DNA of 64,000 bases from an uncultured Alphaproteobacteria bacterium (GTDB lineage Bacteria > Pseudomonadota > Alphaproteobacteria > RS24): positions 8,487 through 72,486 of the forward strand of contig CALKOC010000021.1 of NCBI GenBank assembly GCA_938091085.1, read 5' to 3'. The position numbers were made by a program, and so were the translations under genes. The notes under the pieces were generated by a model that had not been told where the DNA came from, did no database searches, and saw only the letters and a program-made list of their open reading frames with translations. This document shows, one piece after another, positions 21,724-33,412 of the stretch. Every line of letters begins with the position of its first letter. The stretch's first letter is position 1.

Positions 21724-22893
21724 ATGGCCCGTCAAGATTATATTTTTACAAGTGAATCCGTTTCCGAAGGTCACCCGGATAAAGTGTGTGACTTGATTTC
21801 TGATAGTGTTCTGGATGCTTTTATAGCTAAAGAGCCTGAGGCTCGTGTTGCTGTCGAAACATTAACAACAACTAACAAAATTGTTTTGGCGGGCGAAGTG
21901 CGTCCAACAGGTCTCATCAGTGCCGAAGAAATGGCGAATATCGCCCGTGAGCGTGTACGCGACATCGGGTATGAACAAGACGGCTTTCATTGGAAGCATG
22001 CTGACGTTGATGTTTATGTTCATGCTCAATCTGCACATATTTCACAAGGTGTGGATGGTGATGGCGGCAATAAGGATGAAGGTGCTGGCGATCAGGGTAT
22101 TATGTTCGGCTATGCTTGTCGTGAAACTGAGACGCTCATGCCGGCGCCTATTGCGTTTTCTCATCAAATTCTTTCAGACATGGCGCAGGCAAGAAAATCT
22201 GGCGCCGTTCAAGGTTTCGGGCCAGACTCAAAAAGCCAGGTTTCTCTTAAATATGAAAACGGCAAGCCTGTCGCTGCGACGTCAGTTGTTGTGTCAACCC
22301 AGCATGATGAGGGCTTGTCGCAAAGCGATGTGCGCGAACTTGTTCGCCCGTTTGTTGAATCTGTTTTCCCTTCGGGCTGGATGTGCCCCGAAGATGAATT
22401 CTACGTTAATCCGACCGGGACATTTGTTATTGGTGGGCCCGACGGGGATGCCGGGCTTACTGGCCGTAAAATAATAGTTGATACCTATGGTGGCGCAGCC
22501 CCGCATGGCGGCGGCGCGTTTTCCGGGAAAGACCCAACTAAGGTTGATCGTTCAGCGGCCTATGCGGCTCGCTATCTTGCTAAAAATGTCGTTGCCGCAG
22601 ATCTTGCTGACAAATGTACTATTCAGCTTTCTTATGCGATTGGTGTTTCCAAGCCAATTTCTGTTTATGTTGACCTACATGAAACAGGAAAAGTGGACTC
22701 TTCAAAATTGGAAGGCGCCCTTGGCGAAGTTATGGATCTCAGCCCAAGAGGGATTAGAACTCATCTTGGCTTGAATAAGCCGATATTTGCGCGCACTGCG
22801 GCCTATGGTCATTTTGGACGTCAACCTGACGCCGATGGCGGGTTTTCATGGGAAAAAACTGATCTGGTTGAGGCCATCAAGTCAGCGCTTTAA
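21724..22893 (+). CDS. metK: S-adenosylmethionine synthase
   Basis: [23 protein letters not shown]..., [12 protein letters not shown] and the [16 protein letters not shown] motif. ATG 21724 with a GGAG SD is preferred over the listed TTG-type start at 21673. Confidence 0.97.
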   Translation: MARQDYIFTSESVSEGHPDKVCDLISDSVLDAFIAKEPEARVAVETLTTTNKIVLAGEVRPTGLISAEEMANIARERVRDIGYEQDGFHWKHADVDVYVHAQSAHISQGVDGDGGNKDEGAGDQGIMFGYACRETETLMPAPIAFSHQILSDMAQARKSGAVQGFGPDSKSQVSLKYENGKPVAATSVVVSTQHDEGLSQSDVRELVRPFVESVFPSGWMCPEDEFYVNPTGTFVIGGPDGDAGLTGRKIIVDTYGGAAPHGGGAFSGKDPTKVDRSAAYAARYLAKNVVAADLADKCTIQLSYAIGVSKPISVYVDLHETGKVDSSKLEGALGEVMDLSPRGIRTHLGLNKPIFARTAAYGHFGRQPDADGGFSWEKTDLVEAIKSAL

Positions 22894-22911
22894 ACTCGGC
22901 ACATAATTCCC

Positions 22912-23658
22912 GTGATTAAAAAGCAAAAAACTAATCAAGAAAGCGTTCAAAATGATCTTGTGCGGCGGGTTTTTTACGGGCGTCGGCAGGGGCATAAGCT
23001 GCATCCAAAGCAAGCGCGTCTGGTCGAGGATTTTCTTCCCGAGATTCGAATAACTGACTTTGCTGCAGAGCCAATGCGGGCTTTTGAGGCCAATAAATTT
23101 ACACCGGAAAATCTGGTTATGGAAATTGGCTTTGGAGGCGGCGAGCATTTGGCGGCTCAGGCTGAGGCTAAACCGAATATTGGTTTTATTGGGTGCGAGC
23201 CATTTCTCAATGGTGTTGCCAAACTGCTTAATCGCATCCAGCAAAATAATTTACAAAATATTCGCATCCATGATGAGGATGCCCGTGACCTTATTGAGTT
23301 AATGCCCGATAATTGTCTAGCTGGGATATATTTGCTTTATCCAGATCCTTGGCCGAAAAAAAAGCATCATAAAAGACGATTTGTGAATTCAGAAAATCTG
23401 CACCATCTTCATCGTCTATTGCAGCCGGGCGGGATGTTTTATTTTGCCAGCGACATTCCGGATTATGTTTCATGGGCTTTGATGCATCTTCGCGACCATG
23501 GCGGCTTTGACTGGCGAGCGGGTGAGGCCGCTGACTGGAAACAGCCCTTTGAAGGTTGGGTTCGGACACGCTTTGAAGAAAAGGCCTTAGCTACAGGGCG
23601 GACGCCGACTTATTTAAGGTTTCAACAGCGTACAAATATACGCCCCGGGTTCCTTTAG
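22912..23658 (+). CDS. trmB: tRNA (guanine-N7)-methyltransferase
   Basis: 248 aa. FYGRRQGHKL N-terminus and SAM-binding core EIGFGGGEHL...LLYPDPWPKKKHHKRR. Confidence 0.9.
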   Translation: MIKKQKTNQESVQNDLVRRVFYGRRQGHKLHPKQARLVEDFLPEIRITDFAAEPMRAFEANKFTPENLVMEIGFGGGEHLAAQAEAKPNIGFIGCEPFLNGVAKLLNRIQQNNLQNIRIHDEDARDLIELMPDNCLAGIYLLYPDPWPKKKHHKRRFVNSENLHHLHRLLQPGGMFYFASDIPDYVSWALMHLRDHGGFDWRAGEAADWKQPFEGWVRTRFEEKALATGRTPTYLRFQQRTNIRPGFL

Positions 23659-23760
23659 ACTCTCAAAATCAGACGTTTAAATAAGAGATTAAAAATTCTT
23701 GCTTTTTCAGTCTCACTTTGTATATTCCTTCGAAACAGACTGCTTTTATTCGAAGTGGAC

Positions 23761-23784
23761 GGCGGAAACGCCCCCGCTTTTTTT
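23761..23784 (+). terminator. Possible intrinsic terminator after trmB
   Basis: A short GC stem (GCGG...CCGC, or GGCG-GAAA-CGCC) is followed by TTTTTTT at 23778-23784. It lies inside the N-terminal extension of the listed rimP ORF, which argues for the later rimP start. Confidence 0.4.
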
Positions 23785-23811
23785 ATTGGTTTTTTTCGGC
23801 AACAGTATTGG

Positions 23812-24429
23812 ATGATGACAGATACAGCACCAGCACAAAATGAGGTTCACCAAAACGACTCTCTTGGTTCGCAAGACGCATGGGAAACCGCCGCGCATCT
23901 GATGGCGCCCGGGCCTGCAGCGCCACTTTTGTCTCTGGTTGCACCTGTTGTTCAAGATATCGGTTTAGAATTATTGCGTATTCGCATGACGGGTCAGGAT
24001 GGCGAGCAGGTTCTTCAGATTATGGCTGACAGAGATGAAGGCATGATTACTGTCGAGGACTGTGAACGCATTAGTCGAGCAGTATCGGCGGTATTGGATG
24101 TAGAAGACCCATTAAAGGGACAATATATTTTGGAAGTCTCGTCACCTGGTATGGCACGCCCGCTATGCCGCCCCAAAGACTTTATCCGGTGGGCAGGCTT
24201 TGAAGCCAAGGTTGAATTGTCTCGCGCCTTTGACGGTCGCAAGCGTTTTCGCGGCATGCTGACCGGTTTTGAGGATGGTGAGGTTTTGATGGATGTGCCG
24301 TTGGATGGGCATGATGAGGCCCCAACGCTTGGTTTTAAATTTGAGGATATTTCAGAAGCCCGATTAGTGGCTAATGATGAGATGATTGCTGACGCTTTAA
24401 AGCGTCAAAAAGGAAAAAATGGAGACTAA
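23812..24429 (+). CDS. rimP: Ribosome maturation factor RimP
   Basis: Core ...VEDCERISRAVSAVLDVEDPLKGQYILEVSSPGMARPL... Lies directly upstream of nusA. Start ATG 23812/23815 is chosen. Confidence 0.85.
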   Translation: MMTDTAPAQNEVHQNDSLGSQDAWETAAHLMAPGPAAPLLSLVAPVVQDIGLELLRIRMTGQDGEQVLQIMADRDEGMITVEDCERISRAVSAVLDVEDPLKGQYILEVSSPGMARPLCRPKDFIRWAGFEAKVELSRAFDGRKRFRGMLTGFEDGEVLMDVPLDGHDEAPTLGFKFEDISEARLVANDEMIADALKRQKGKNGD

Positions 24430-24430
24430 A

Positions 24431-26122
24431 ATGGCAACTGGTGTAAGCGCAAATAAACTTGAACTCCTCCGTATCGCAGAATCTATGGCGCGGGAAAAAG
24501 GTATCGAGCCAGAGTTGGTATTCAGCGCTATGGCAGACGCGATTCAGAAAGCCGCCAAGGCAAGATATGGTGCGGAGAATGATATTCGCGCTGAAATTGA
24601 TACCAAAACCGGTGATACTATTCTCAAGCGGTTTATGGAAGTGGTTGAAAATGTTGAAAACGACAACACTCAGCTGACTTTAGACGAAGCCAAAAAAATT
24701 AAGCCGGATGCCGAAATTGGTGAGTTTTTAAGCGAGGAATTGCCGCCGGTAGAATTCGGCAGGATTGCAACACAAACAGCAAAACAGGTGATTGTCCAGC
24801 GTGTGCGTGATGCTGAACGTGAGCGCCAATATGAAGAATATAAAGACAGAGTTGGTGAGGTTGCTTCCGGCATCGTGAAGCGCGTTGAATATGGCAATGT
24901 TGTTGTTGATTTGGGCCGCGCGGAAGCGATGTTAAGGCGTGATAATCTAATTCCGCGCGAAGTATTTAATCCGAATGATCGTATTCGTGCCTATATTCAG
25001 GATGTTAAGCGTGAGCAACGCGGCCCGCAAATCATTCTGTCACGGACGGATCCAGCTTTTATGGCGAAGCTCTTTGCCCAAGAAGTGCCGGAGGTTTATG
25101 ACGGGGTGATTGAAATTAGAGCCGTTGCCCGTGACCCTGGTAGTCGTGCAAAAATTGCCGTGATTTCAAATGATAGCTCCATTGATCCTGTTGGTGCTTG
25201 TGTCGGTATGCGCGGTAGCCGTGTTCAGGCTGTAGTTAATGAGCTGCAAGGCGAAAAAGTCGATATTGTTCCTTGGTCAGAAGATGCCGCCGCATTTATC
25301 GTGAACGGTCTTGGCCCTGCCGAAGTTGCTAAAGTTGTACTTGATGAAGACACGCAACGGATTGAGGTTGTTGTGCCGGATGACCAGCTTTCTCTGGCAA
25401 TTGGTCGTCGGGGACAGAATGTCCGTTTGGCTTCCCAGCTCTCCGGTTGGGATATTGATATTCTGACAGAAGCAGAAGAGTCAGAGCGTCGTCAGGCTGA
25501 ATTTGCCGAACGGACACAAATCTTTATGGCTTCTCTGGATGTTGACGAAATGATTGCTCAGCTTTTGACATCTGAAGGCTTTGCCACGATTGAAGAAGTC
25601 GCCTATGTGCCACTGGATGAAATAACAGTCATTGAAGGTTTTGATGATGAGACGGCAGAGGAGTTGCAAAGACGAGCGACAGAGCATCTCGACAGACAAA
25701 ACCAAGCGCTTGATGAGGAGCGCAAAGCCCTTGGGGTCGCTGATGAATTGATGAATGTCGAAGGCCTCACACCAGCCATGTTGGTTGCATTGGGCAAGAA
25801 TGATGTCTTCACCCTCGAGGATTTTGCCGGGTGTGTTCCTGATGATTTAACTGGATGGTATGAGTCTGTTGACAGGCAACGCGTCCGTCAGCCAGGTATA
25901 TTTGATGATTTTGATGTCTCTGCGGATGAAGCGCAAACAATGATTATGAATACGCGCGTGATGGTCGGCTGGATTACAGAAGAAGATTTGCTGGTGCCTG
26001 AAGATGAAGCACCGGAAGATGGAGGAGACGCAGACAGCTCCGAGGGCGAACCTTCGGAGGAAAGTGCTGAAGATGTTTTTGGTGCTCCATCTAAACCAAC
26101 AACAGATACCCCTACAGAATAA
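24431..26122 (+). CDS. nusA: Transcription termination/antitermination factor NusA
   Basis: S1 and two KH domains plus C-terminal HhH repeats and an acidic tail. ATG 24431 is preceded by GGAG (24421-24424). The listed ATG 24419 overlaps rimP. Confidence 0.96.
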   Translation: MATGVSANKLELLRIAESMAREKGIEPELVFSAMADAIQKAAKARYGAENDIRAEIDTKTGDTILKRFMEVVENVENDNTQLTLDEAKKIKPDAEIGEFLSEELPPVEFGRIATQTAKQVIVQRVRDAERERQYEEYKDRVGEVASGIVKRVEYGNVVVDLGRAEAMLRRDNLIPREVFNPNDRIRAYIQDVKREQRGPQIILSRTDPAFMAKLFAQEVPEVYDGVIEIRAVARDPGSRAKIAVISNDSSIDPVGACVGMRGSRVQAVVNELQGEKVDIVPWSEDAAAFIVNGLGPAEVAKVVLDEDTQRIEVVVPDDQLSLAIGRRGQNVRLASQLSGWDIDILTEAEESERRQAEFAERTQIFMASLDVDEMIAQLLTSEGFATIEEVAYVPLDEITVIEGFDDETAEELQRRATEHLDRQNQALDEERKALGVADELMNVEGLTPAMLVALGKNDVFTLEDFAGCVPDDLTGWYESVDRQRVRQPGIFDDFDVSADEAQTMIMNTRVMVGWITEEDLLVPEDEAPEDGGDADSSEGEPSEESAEDVFGAPSKPTTDTPTE

Positions 26123-26140
26123 TGAGAGCGCGCATCATCC

Positions 26141-26737
26141 ATGACAGAAAATTTGCAATGTGCGCTTACCGGAAAGCTGCTACCGCGTGAAAAAACGATC
26201 AGGTTCGTTATTGGACCTGATAACACGGTTATTGCTGATTTATCCGAAGAGCTGCCGGGCGAGGGCATCCGACTTATGGGCTATCGCGGCACATTAGAGG
26301 CCTCTATCCGCGATGGGTCATTTATAGGGCTTTTTGCCAAAGAGCGGTTAGATGATGATCTGGTTATTTCTGCCTCTTTTTTAGATAAAATTGAGTCCCA
26401 ACTTATGGATAAGGTTCTTGGGTTGATAGGCTTGGCCCGCCGCGCCGGGTCGGTTCTCAATGGCTTTGCTAAAGTTGAGGGCAGTCTAAAATCGGGTAAA
26501 TGTAAGCTGCTGTTAACAGCTAGTGACGGCGCAGAGGACGGGCGCATGAAAATGACACGTCTTGCAGAAGCTGTTGAATGCCAACAAGTGACGATTCTGC
26601 CTTCCGCCAGATTAAGTATGGCTTTAGGCCAGACAAATGTTATACATGCTGGAATTATCGGTTCAGGATGGGCCGAACGCCTGAACGCATCGATTGACAG
26701 ATTGTCACTTTATGTTAACGGACACGAGGCAGCATAA
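26141..26737 (+). CDS. YlxR (DUF448)-type RNA-binding protein fused to an L7Ae-like domain
   Basis: N-terminal C..TG......IRFV pattern and C-terminal LIGLARRAGSV...L7Ae-like fold. Sits in the canonical position between nusA and infB. Confidence 0.72.
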   Translation: MTENLQCALTGKLLPREKTIRFVIGPDNTVIADLSEELPGEGIRLMGYRGTLEASIRDGSFIGLFAKERLDDDLVISASFLDKIESQLMDKVLGLIGLARRAGSVLNGFAKVEGSLKSGKCKLLLTASDGAEDGRMKMTRLAEAVECQQVTILPSARLSMALGQTNVIHAGIIGSGWAERLNASIDRLSLYVNGHEAA

Positions 26738-26791
26738 CGCCTCAACATATGACAACAGGTTAGTGCTATTAGGTTGGAAGTGATAACGGAT

Positions 26792-29290
26792 ATGAGTGAA
26801 AAAGAAGAGAACGAAAAAGCTGATGAACAAAAGCCCGGCAAGACGCTGAGCTTGAAGCGAGTTGTTGACTCCGGTCAGGTGCGTCAGAACTTTTCTCATG
26901 GCCGGACTAAATCTGTTCAGGTTGAACGTAAACGTAAACGCATGGTTACTCCGGGGAGTGCCGGCGCCTCAAGCGCTGCGACACCCGCAACACCTAGCGC
27001 GGTTGAACCAGTTGAAACAAAAGCCCCTGAAGCTAAAGAGCCGACTTCTGAAAATAATCTTGGTGGTCTTTCCCGTCAGGAGCAAGCGGCGCGTCAAGCG
27101 GCTGTTGCAGAAGCGAAAGTAAGGGCTGCAGAAGAAGCTGTTCGGGAGAAAGAAGAGGCTGAGAAAAGAGCCTTAGAGGATGCCGAACGCGCTAAAGAAG
27201 AAGCTAAAAGAAAAATTGAGTCCCCCGAGGTTCTTAATGTGCCTGTGGTGCCGGTTGAAGCATCAGATACTGCGGCTTCGCCTCGACGGAAAGAGCCTGT
27301 ACGTGCGGGGGAAGAAACACCGGCACGCCGCAAAGAAAAAGCAGAAGAACCACGCCGCCCAGCCGTAGCTAAACGCGGAGAGCAGCAGCGTCGTCGTACT
27401 GGGAAGCTGACTATTAACGATGCGTTGAATGATGAAGAACGCATGCGTTCAATGGCATCCATCCGTCGCCGTCGTGAGCGCGAAAAAAGACAGTCAATGT
27501 CTATGGAGCCGCGCGAAAAAGTTGCGCGGACAATTAAATTGCCTGAGTCAATTACTATTCAAGAGCTGGCGAACCGTATGGCGGAGCGAGCTGTGGATGT
27601 TATTAAATTGTTGATGCAACAAGGCGTTATGGCAAAAATCAACGATACGATTGATGCCGATACTGCCGAATTGCTTGCTGAAGAATTGGGGCATAAGGTC
27701 AATCGTGTCACAGATGCAGACGTAGAAGACAGCATCGACTCTGAAGAAGATACTGATGAAGATAAAAAGCCGCGTCCGCCGGTTGTGACTGTTATGGGTC
27801 ACGTTGACCACGGGAAAACATCCTTGCTTGACGCCTTGCGTAAAGCAAGTGTTGTCACTGGTGAGGCTGGCGGTATTACCCAGCATATCGGGGCATATCA
27901 GGTCACTAAAGATGATGGTGAGAAGGTAACTTTCATCGATACGCCAGGTCACGCGGCCTTTACGTCAATGCGTGCGCGGGGCGCCAAAGTAACAGATATT
28001 GTTATTCTCGTCGTTGCCGCTGATGATGGTGTGATGCCTCAGACAGTTGAAGCTATCAGCCATGCCAAGGCGGCAGATGTGCCGATTGTGGTAGCGGTGA
28101 ATAAAATCGACAAGCCTGAAGCTGACCCGACAAGAGTGAAAAACGAATTATTGCAGCATGAAATCATTTCTGAGGACATGGGCGGTGATGTTCAGTTTGT
28201 CGAAGTTTCTGCTATTGCGGGTACAGGTCTTGATGAATTGTTGGAGTCTGTTCTGCTTCAGGCCGAACTTCTTGATCTAAAAGCTAATCCGGACCGGGCG
28301 GCGGAAGGCATTGTTATCGAGTCAAAACTCGAAAAAGGCAGAGGGGCTGTCGCGACTGTTCTTGTGCAAAGAGGCACGTTAGCCGTCGGTGATATTTTTG
28401 TTGTCGGGCAAGAGTCTGGTCGGGTTCGTGCCCTTCTGGACGATCAAGGCGAAAGCATTACAACCGCATTACCGGCCTCCCCGGTTGAAGTTCTGGGCGC
28501 AGGTGGTTCGCCATCAGCAGGTGATATGTTTAACGTTGTTGAGACAGAAGCTAAAGCCAGAGAGATTGCTGAATATCGCGGACGCATCAGTCGCGAGAAG
28601 CGAACAGCGTCCGGCAATCGAACAACGCTGGATCAGATGATGCAGCAGCTTAAAGACACTGAGCTTAAAGAACTCCCTATTGTTGTTAAAGCTGATGTGC
28701 AGGGTTCTGCCGAGGCAATTTCTCAGGCAGTGGATAAACTTGGTACAGATGAAGTTTGTGGCCGCGTTGTGCATACGGCAGTGGGCGGTATTACCGAAAG
28801 TGATATTACTTTAGCGGCGGCATCTAACGCTTCCATTCTGGGCTTTAATGTTCGTGCCAATTCACAGGCTCGAAATTTGGCTGATGAGCAGGGTGTTGAG
28901 ATACGTTATTACAATGTGATTTATGACCTTGTTGACGATATGAAAGCAGCCATGTCCGGCATGTTAAGCCCTGATTTGCGCGAAACCATGCTCGGCAATG
29001 CTGAAATATTGGAAGTCTTCAATGTCTCAAAATCAGGCAAAGTTGCTGGTTGTAAAGTCACTGATGGCCTGGTTCGCCGTGGCGCGAGAGTTAGGCTTAT
29101 TCGTGACAGTGTTGTTATTCACGAAGGTGAACTCAGTTCCCTTCGTCGCTTTAAGGATGAAGTGAAAGAGGTTAATGCCGGTCAGGAATGCGGTATGGCC
29201 TTTGAAAATTATGAAGACCTTAAACAGGGTGACGTAATTGAGTGTTATGAGGTCGAGGAAATTGCCCGTACGCTTGACGACGTCAATTAA
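26792..29290 (+). CDS. infB: Translation initiation factor IF-2
   Basis: Charged N-terminal region and G-domain [16 protein letters not shown]...DTPGH...NKID. Start ATG 26792 is chosen. The listed TTG 26774 is possible. Confidence 0.97.
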   Translation: MSEKEENEKADEQKPGKTLSLKRVVDSGQVRQNFSHGRTKSVQVERKRKRMVTPGSAGASSAATPATPSAVEPVETKAPEAKEPTSENNLGGLSRQEQAARQAAVAEAKVRAAEEAVREKEEAEKRALEDAERAKEEAKRKIESPEVLNVPVVPVEASDTAASPRRKEPVRAGEETPARRKEKAEEPRRPAVAKRGEQQRRRTGKLTINDALNDEERMRSMASIRRRREREKRQSMSMEPREKVARTIKLPESITIQELANRMAERAVDVIKLLMQQGVMAKINDTIDADTAELLAEELGHKVNRVTDADVEDSIDSEEDTDEDKKPRPPVVTVMGHVDHGKTSLLDALRKASVVTGEAGGITQHIGAYQVTKDDGEKVTFIDTPGHAAFTSMRARGAKVTDIVILVVAADDGVMPQTVEAISHAKAADVPIVVAVNKIDKPEADPTRVKNELLQHEIISEDMGGDVQFVEVSAIAGTGLDELLESVLLQAELLDLKANPDRAAEGIVIESKLEKGRGAVATVLVQRGTLAVGDIFVVGQESGRVRALLDDQGESITTALPASPVEVLGAGGSPSAGDMFNVVETEAKAREIAEYRGRISREKRTASGNRTTLDQMMQQLKDTELKELPIVVKADVQGSAEAISQAVDKLGTDEVCGRVVHTAVGGITESDITLAAASNASILGFNVRANSQARNLADEQGVEIRYYNVIYDLVDDMKAAMSGMLSPDLRETMLGNAEILEVFNVSKSGKVAGCKVTDGLVRRGARVRLIRDSVVIHEGELSSLRRFKDEVKEVNAGQECGMAFENYEDLKQGDVIECYEVEEIARTLDDVN

Positions 29291-29333
29291 TAGCCTCGTT
29301 CTCTGCCAATAAATTTTAAGCCGGATTATATTC

Positions 29334-29837
29334 ATGGCAAAGCGTTTCAAAAAATCTGCACATTCTGACACGCCGCGAAGTCAGAGACAGTTACGTGTCG
29401 GTGAATTACTGCGTCAAAAGTTGTCAGAAGTTTTCTCTAGAGGGGATATTAGCGGCACAAATCTTGATACGCGGCTTGTGACGGTGACGGAAGTGCGGGT
29501 GAGTCCTGATTTGAAAAAAGCCACGGCCTATGTTGTGCCACTTCTGCAAATGACCGAAACCTTGTCAAAGCGTAAACGCAATACAGTCGCTAGCTCAGCC
29601 GCTGATTTGACCGCTGAATTAAACCGTCATGCTGGCGCGTTAAGAATTAAGATGGGGGACGGTCTTCGCCTTAAATATGTTCCGAGTCTTTCTTTTAAAT
29701 CGGATGATAGCTTTGATAATGCAGCTGTCATGGATAGTTTGCTGGCGCGAGATGAGGTCCAGCGGGATTTGTCAGCTGATCCGGAAATTTCAGGTAAGTC
29801 ACCTGAGGCTGAGCCTGACTCAACAAACGAGGCTTAA
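29334..29837 (+). CDS. rbfA: Ribosome-binding factor A
   Basis: RSQRQLRVGELLRQKLSEVF...VTVTEVRVSPDLKKATAYV core, with a long C-terminal tail. Confidence 0.88.
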   Translation: MAKRFKKSAHSDTPRSQRQLRVGELLRQKLSEVFSRGDISGTNLDTRLVTVTEVRVSPDLKKATAYVVPLLQMTETLSKRKRNTVASSAADLTAELNRHAGALRIKMGDGLRLKYVPSLSFKSDDSFDNAAVMDSLLARDEVQRDLSADPEISGKSPEAEPDSTNEA

Positions 29838-29839
29838 GT

Positions 29840-30811
29840 TTGGGTCGAAGACGTAAAGGCTTGCCAATACATGGCTGGGTTAACTTCGATAAACCTGAAG
29901 GTATGACGTCAACAGCTGCTGTTGGCAAAATTCGCCGCCTGTTTAATGCGCAAAAGGCCGGACATGCAGGAACGCTGGATCCGTTGGCGCAGGGAATTCT
30001 GCCGATTGCGCTTGGGGAGGCCACAAAAACAGTCCCTTTTATGATGGATGCCGCAAAAACATATCACTTCACTGTATGTTGGGGGGTGGCGACCACGACG
30101 GATGACCGCGAGGGGGATGTGCTGGAAACATCCGCACATCGCCCGACAGATGCTGATATTGAGGGTGTTTTAGGCGCGTTTATCGGGAATATCTCTCAAG
30201 TGCCGCCGGCTTTCTCTGCCATTAAGTTAGATGGTCGCCGCGCTTATGACATGGCGCGGGCGGGCGAAAAACCTGAAATTTCTGCAAGAAGTGTTCAGGT
30301 TGACCGACTCACTTTGGTAAACAGGCCCGATAATGATACAGCCCAGTTTGCAGTAGATTGCGGTAAGGGCACTTATGTGAGGTCTTTAGCCCGCGATATG
30401 GCCTTAAAACTCGGTACTTTTGGGCATGTGCAGTACTTACGCCGAACCCGTGTTGGGCCGTTTGATGAAAAAAGCACAATAGGGCTGGATATTCTTGATG
30501 ATTTAGGCCATATTGCCGCCGAAGTTGATGCTCTTGATGCGTTTAATGCGCAACTAAAGCCCCACTTGCTTCCTTTACAGACAGTGCTGGACGACATCCC
30601 GGCTCTGCCGATTAATGAAAAGGAAGCGCGCGATATTCGCATGGGCAGAGCAGTCAACATCACCGCTCATGTAGTGGATGATAATTTGTCTGAAAGCCCC
30701 GGAGCCACGCAGGTTTTAGCGCTTTTTGACAATCATCCGGTTGCATTGGGGAAGCTGGAAGAGGACAGATTTCAGCCGGTGCGTGTTTTTAACCTGTCCG
30801 ATAAAAATTAA
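29840..30811 (+). CDS. truB: tRNA pseudouridine(55) synthase
   Basis: Catalytic motif [26 protein letters not shown] start 2 nt after the rbfA stop. Confidence 0.93.
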   Translation: MGRRRKGLPIHGWVNFDKPEGMTSTAAVGKIRRLFNAQKAGHAGTLDPLAQGILPIALGEATKTVPFMMDAAKTYHFTVCWGVATTTDDREGDVLETSAHRPTDADIEGVLGAFIGNISQVPPAFSAIKLDGRRAYDMARAGEKPEISARSVQVDRLTLVNRPDNDTAQFAVDCGKGTYVRSLARDMALKLGTFGHVQYLRRTRVGPFDEKSTIGLDILDDLGHIAAEVDALDAFNAQLKPHLLPLQTVLDDIPALPINEKEARDIRMGRAVNITAHVVDDNLSESPGATQVLALFDNHPVALGKLEEDRFQPVRVFNLSDKN

Positions 30812-30822
30812 AGGAGTTACCG

Positions 30823-31092
30823 ATGTCGATTAGTCCTGAACGCAAGCTTGAGCTTGTCAAAGAATATGCCACACAGGATGGTGATACAGGATCACCTGAG
30901 GTTCAAGTGGCCATCCTCACGGAGAGGATCAACAATCTGACCGAACATTTTAAATCCCACGGCAAAGATAATCACTCACGCCGGGGTCTTTTGAAAATGG
31001 TCAGCCAACGTCGCCGTCTTCTTGATTATCTAAATGCACGTAATTCTGAGCGTTATCAGACTCTCATTAAGCGTCTGGGTCTACGCCGTTAG
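30823..31092 (+). CDS. rpsO: 30S ribosomal protein S15
   Basis: 89 aa. ...[35 protein letters not shown]... Confidence 0.97.
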   Translation: MSISPERKLELVKEYATQDGDTGSPEVQVAILTERINNLTEHFKSHGKDNHSRRGLLKMVSQRRRLLDYLNARNSERYQTLIKRLGLRR

Positions 31093-31118
31093 ATTTTCAA
31101 CACTTCGGTTGACTAACA

Positions 31119-31140
31119 GCCTGCATCAGGGGATGCGGGC
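31119..31140 (+). promoter_or_regulatory. Stem-loop in the rpsO-pnp intergenic region (pnp leader hairpin)
   Basis: GCCTGCATC-AGGG-GATGCGGGC forms a 9-bp stem with one G-U pair. No T tract follows. It lies 16 nt before ATG 31156. Confidence 0.4.
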
Positions 31141-31155
31141 ATATGGAAAGAAAAA

Positions 31156-33300
31156 ATGTTTACAATTTCAAGAGAAGAAATCGATTGGGGTGGGCGTCCG
31201 CTTATTCTAGAAACTGGTCGAATTGCCCGTCAGGCTGACGGTGCTGTTTTGGCAACTTATGGGGATACAACTGTATTGGCGACTGTGGTTGCAGATCGCA
31301 GCCCTAAATCGGGAATTGACTTTTTCCCGCTTACAGTAAATTACCAAGAAAAATCTTATGCTGCCGGTAAAATCCCTGGCGGTTATTTTAAGCGTGAAGG
31401 CCGCCCGTCAGAAAAAGAAACACTTGTTTCTCGTCTGATTGACCGCCCTATCCGTCCGCTGTTTGTTAAAGGTTTTAAAAACGAAACACAGGTCATTGCC
31501 ACAGTTCTTAGCCATGATCTAGAAAACGATAGTGATATTGTTGCTATGGTTGCTGTTTCTGCTGCCCTGACAATTTCAGGTGTTCCATTTCTAGGGCCTA
31601 TTGGCGCGGCGCGTGTCGGTTTTGCCAATGGTGAATATATATTGAACCCGACGCTGGAAGAGATGAAAGAAAGTAATCTTGATCTGGTTGTTGCGGGAAC
31701 AGGCGACGCCGTTTTGATGGTTGAGTCCCAAGCCGGCGAGCTTACAGAAGAAGTTATGCTCGGTGCGGTTATGCATGGGCATCGTGAGTTCCAGCCGGTC
31801 ATTAACGCCATTATCAGCCTTGCTGAAAAATGCGCAAAAGAGCCGCGTGATGTGCCTGAAAATAATGATGATGAGTTGAAAGAAAAAGTTTCTGGTATTG
31901 CCCGCGGTGATCTGGAAGCGGCCTATCAGGAAGCTGATAAATCGTCACGTCAGGAAAAAATTGCTGCTGCCAAAGACAAAGTCATGGCTGATTTACTGCC
32001 CGCTGATGCAGACGCGGATACAGCGATTGCACTTTCAAGCGCCTTTAAAGGTGTGGAAAGTGACATTGTACGCGGCGGTATTCTGGATACAGAAAAACGT
32101 ATTGATGGTCGTGGCCTTGCTGATGTTCGCCCGATTGTTTCCGAAGTTGGTATTTTGCCCCGCGCCCATGGTTCGGCTCTGTTTACCAGAGGTGAAACCC
32201 AAGCGCTGGTCGTGGCCACGCTCGGCACCGGCGATGACGAACAACTCGTTGACGCATTAGAAGGTACTTATAAAGAAAACTTCATGCTGCATTATAACTT
32301 CCCGCCCTATTCAGTCGGGGAGACAGGCCGCGTTGGCTTTACGGGCCGGCGTGAAGTCGGTCACGGTAAGTTGGCATGGCGGGCTATTAAGCCGATGTTG
32401 CCAATTGCTGAAGATTTTCCATACACATTGCGTCTCGTCTCCGAGATTACCGAGTCCAACGGCTCGTCTTCTATGGCGACTGTTTGTGGCGCGTCTCTCG
32501 CCATGATGGATGCAGGTGTTCCTTTGCAAAAGCCTGTCGCAGGTATCGCTATGGGATTGATTAAAGAGGGCGACAGGTTCGCCGTTCTTTCTGATATTCT
32601 TGGTGATGAAGATCACCTCGGCGATATGGATTTTAAAGTCGCCGGTACGCAGGATGGGATTACCTCCCTGCAGATGGATATTAAAATCACTGGTATCACC
32701 GAGGAGATTATGCAGGTTGCCCTGACACAAGCTAAGGGTGGGCGTGATCATATTCTGGGTGAAATGTCTAGCGCACTTGGTGAAGCCCGTACCGAAATGG
32801 GTGAATATGCGCCGAAAATTGAAACCATTAAAATCGCACAAGATAAAATCCGTGAGGTTATTGGTTCAGGCGGGAAGGTCATTCGTGAGATTGTCGAGAC
32901 GACAGGCGCGAAAGTTGACATTTCCGATGATGGCACCATTAAGGTCGCGTCCAGTGACGCCGCCGTTATCCAGGCCGCGATTGATTGGATTAACTCCATT
33001 GCTGCCGAGCCTGAAGTCGGTGTGATTTATGAAGGTACTGTTGTGAAGACCATGGATTTTGGCGCCTTTGTCAATTTCTTTGGTAAGCGCGACGGGTTGG
33101 TTCATATTTCACAACTGGCTGACAGGCGTGTAGAGAACACAACCGACATCGTCAAGGAAGGCGATACGGTGAAGGTCAAGCTGATGGGCTTTGACGACCG
33201 CGGCAAGGTTCGCTTGTCCATGAAGGTCGTCGATCAGGAAACTGGTGAAGACCTCGAAGGCAAGTCCGATGACTCAGGTGATGCTGACAGCGAGGACTAA
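31156..33300 (+). CDS. pnp: Polyribonucleotide nucleotidyltransferase (PNPase)
   Basis: 714 aa. Two RNase PH domains, KH and S1 domains, and an acidic C-terminal tail. Confidence 0.97.
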   Translation: MFTISREEIDWGGRPLILETGRIARQADGAVLATYGDTTVLATVVADRSPKSGIDFFPLTVNYQEKSYAAGKIPGGYFKREGRPSEKETLVSRLIDRPIRPLFVKGFKNETQVIATVLSHDLENDSDIVAMVAVSAALTISGVPFLGPIGAARVGFANGEYILNPTLEEMKESNLDLVVAGTGDAVLMVESQAGELTEEVMLGAVMHGHREFQPVINAIISLAEKCAKEPRDVPENNDDELKEKVSGIARGDLEAAYQEADKSSRQEKIAAAKDKVMADLLPADADADTAIALSSAFKGVESDIVRGGILDTEKRIDGRGLADVRPIVSEVGILPRAHGSALFTRGETQALVVATLGTGDDEQLVDALEGTYKENFMLHYNFPPYSVGETGRVGFTGRREVGHGKLAWRAIKPMLPIAEDFPYTLRLVSEITESNGSSSMATVCGASLAMMDAGVPLQKPVAGIAMGLIKEGDRFAVLSDILGDEDHLGDMDFKVAGTQDGITSLQMDIKITGITEEIMQVALTQAKGGRDHILGEMSSALGEARTEMGEYAPKIETIKIAQDKIREVIGSGGKVIREIVETTGAKVDISDDGTIKVASSDAAVIQAAIDWINSIAAEPEVGVIYEGTVVKTMDFGAFVNFFGKRDGLVHISQLADRRVENTTDIVKEGDTVKVKLMGFDDRGKVRLSMKVVDQETGEDLEGKSDDSGDADSED

Positions 33301-33337
33301 ACGCCGACAGGCTGTTTAACAGTTTTCAAAAAATCAA

Positions 33338-33370
33338 GGGCGGCGCTATTTTAGCACCGCCCTTTTTGTT
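33338..33370. terminator. Intrinsic terminator after pnp, plausibly bidirectional (also serving the convergent yegP-like gene)
   Basis: GGGCGGCG-CTATTTTAG-CACCGCCC stem followed by TTTTTGTT. An A-run precedes the stem, so the reverse strand also reads as a hairpin followed by a T-rich run. Confidence 0.7.
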
Positions 33371-33412
33371 GCCCCCTTTTTTCTGTGGGGTCAGCCGAGA
33401 TTGTTGCCGCGT

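Noticed and set aside
23755-23811. N-terminal extensions in the ORF track (rimP from 23755, metK from 21673, bioB to 60850, coaBC to 44454, yegP-like to 33637, rubrerythrin from 36200, nfu from 11599, lnt from 19420, dnaA from 49857, gyrB from 53916).
   Set aside because: In each case an internal ATG with a better-placed GGAG/AGGA sequence matches the conserved N-terminus of the family. The rimP extension also contains a terminator-like hairpin plus T run.
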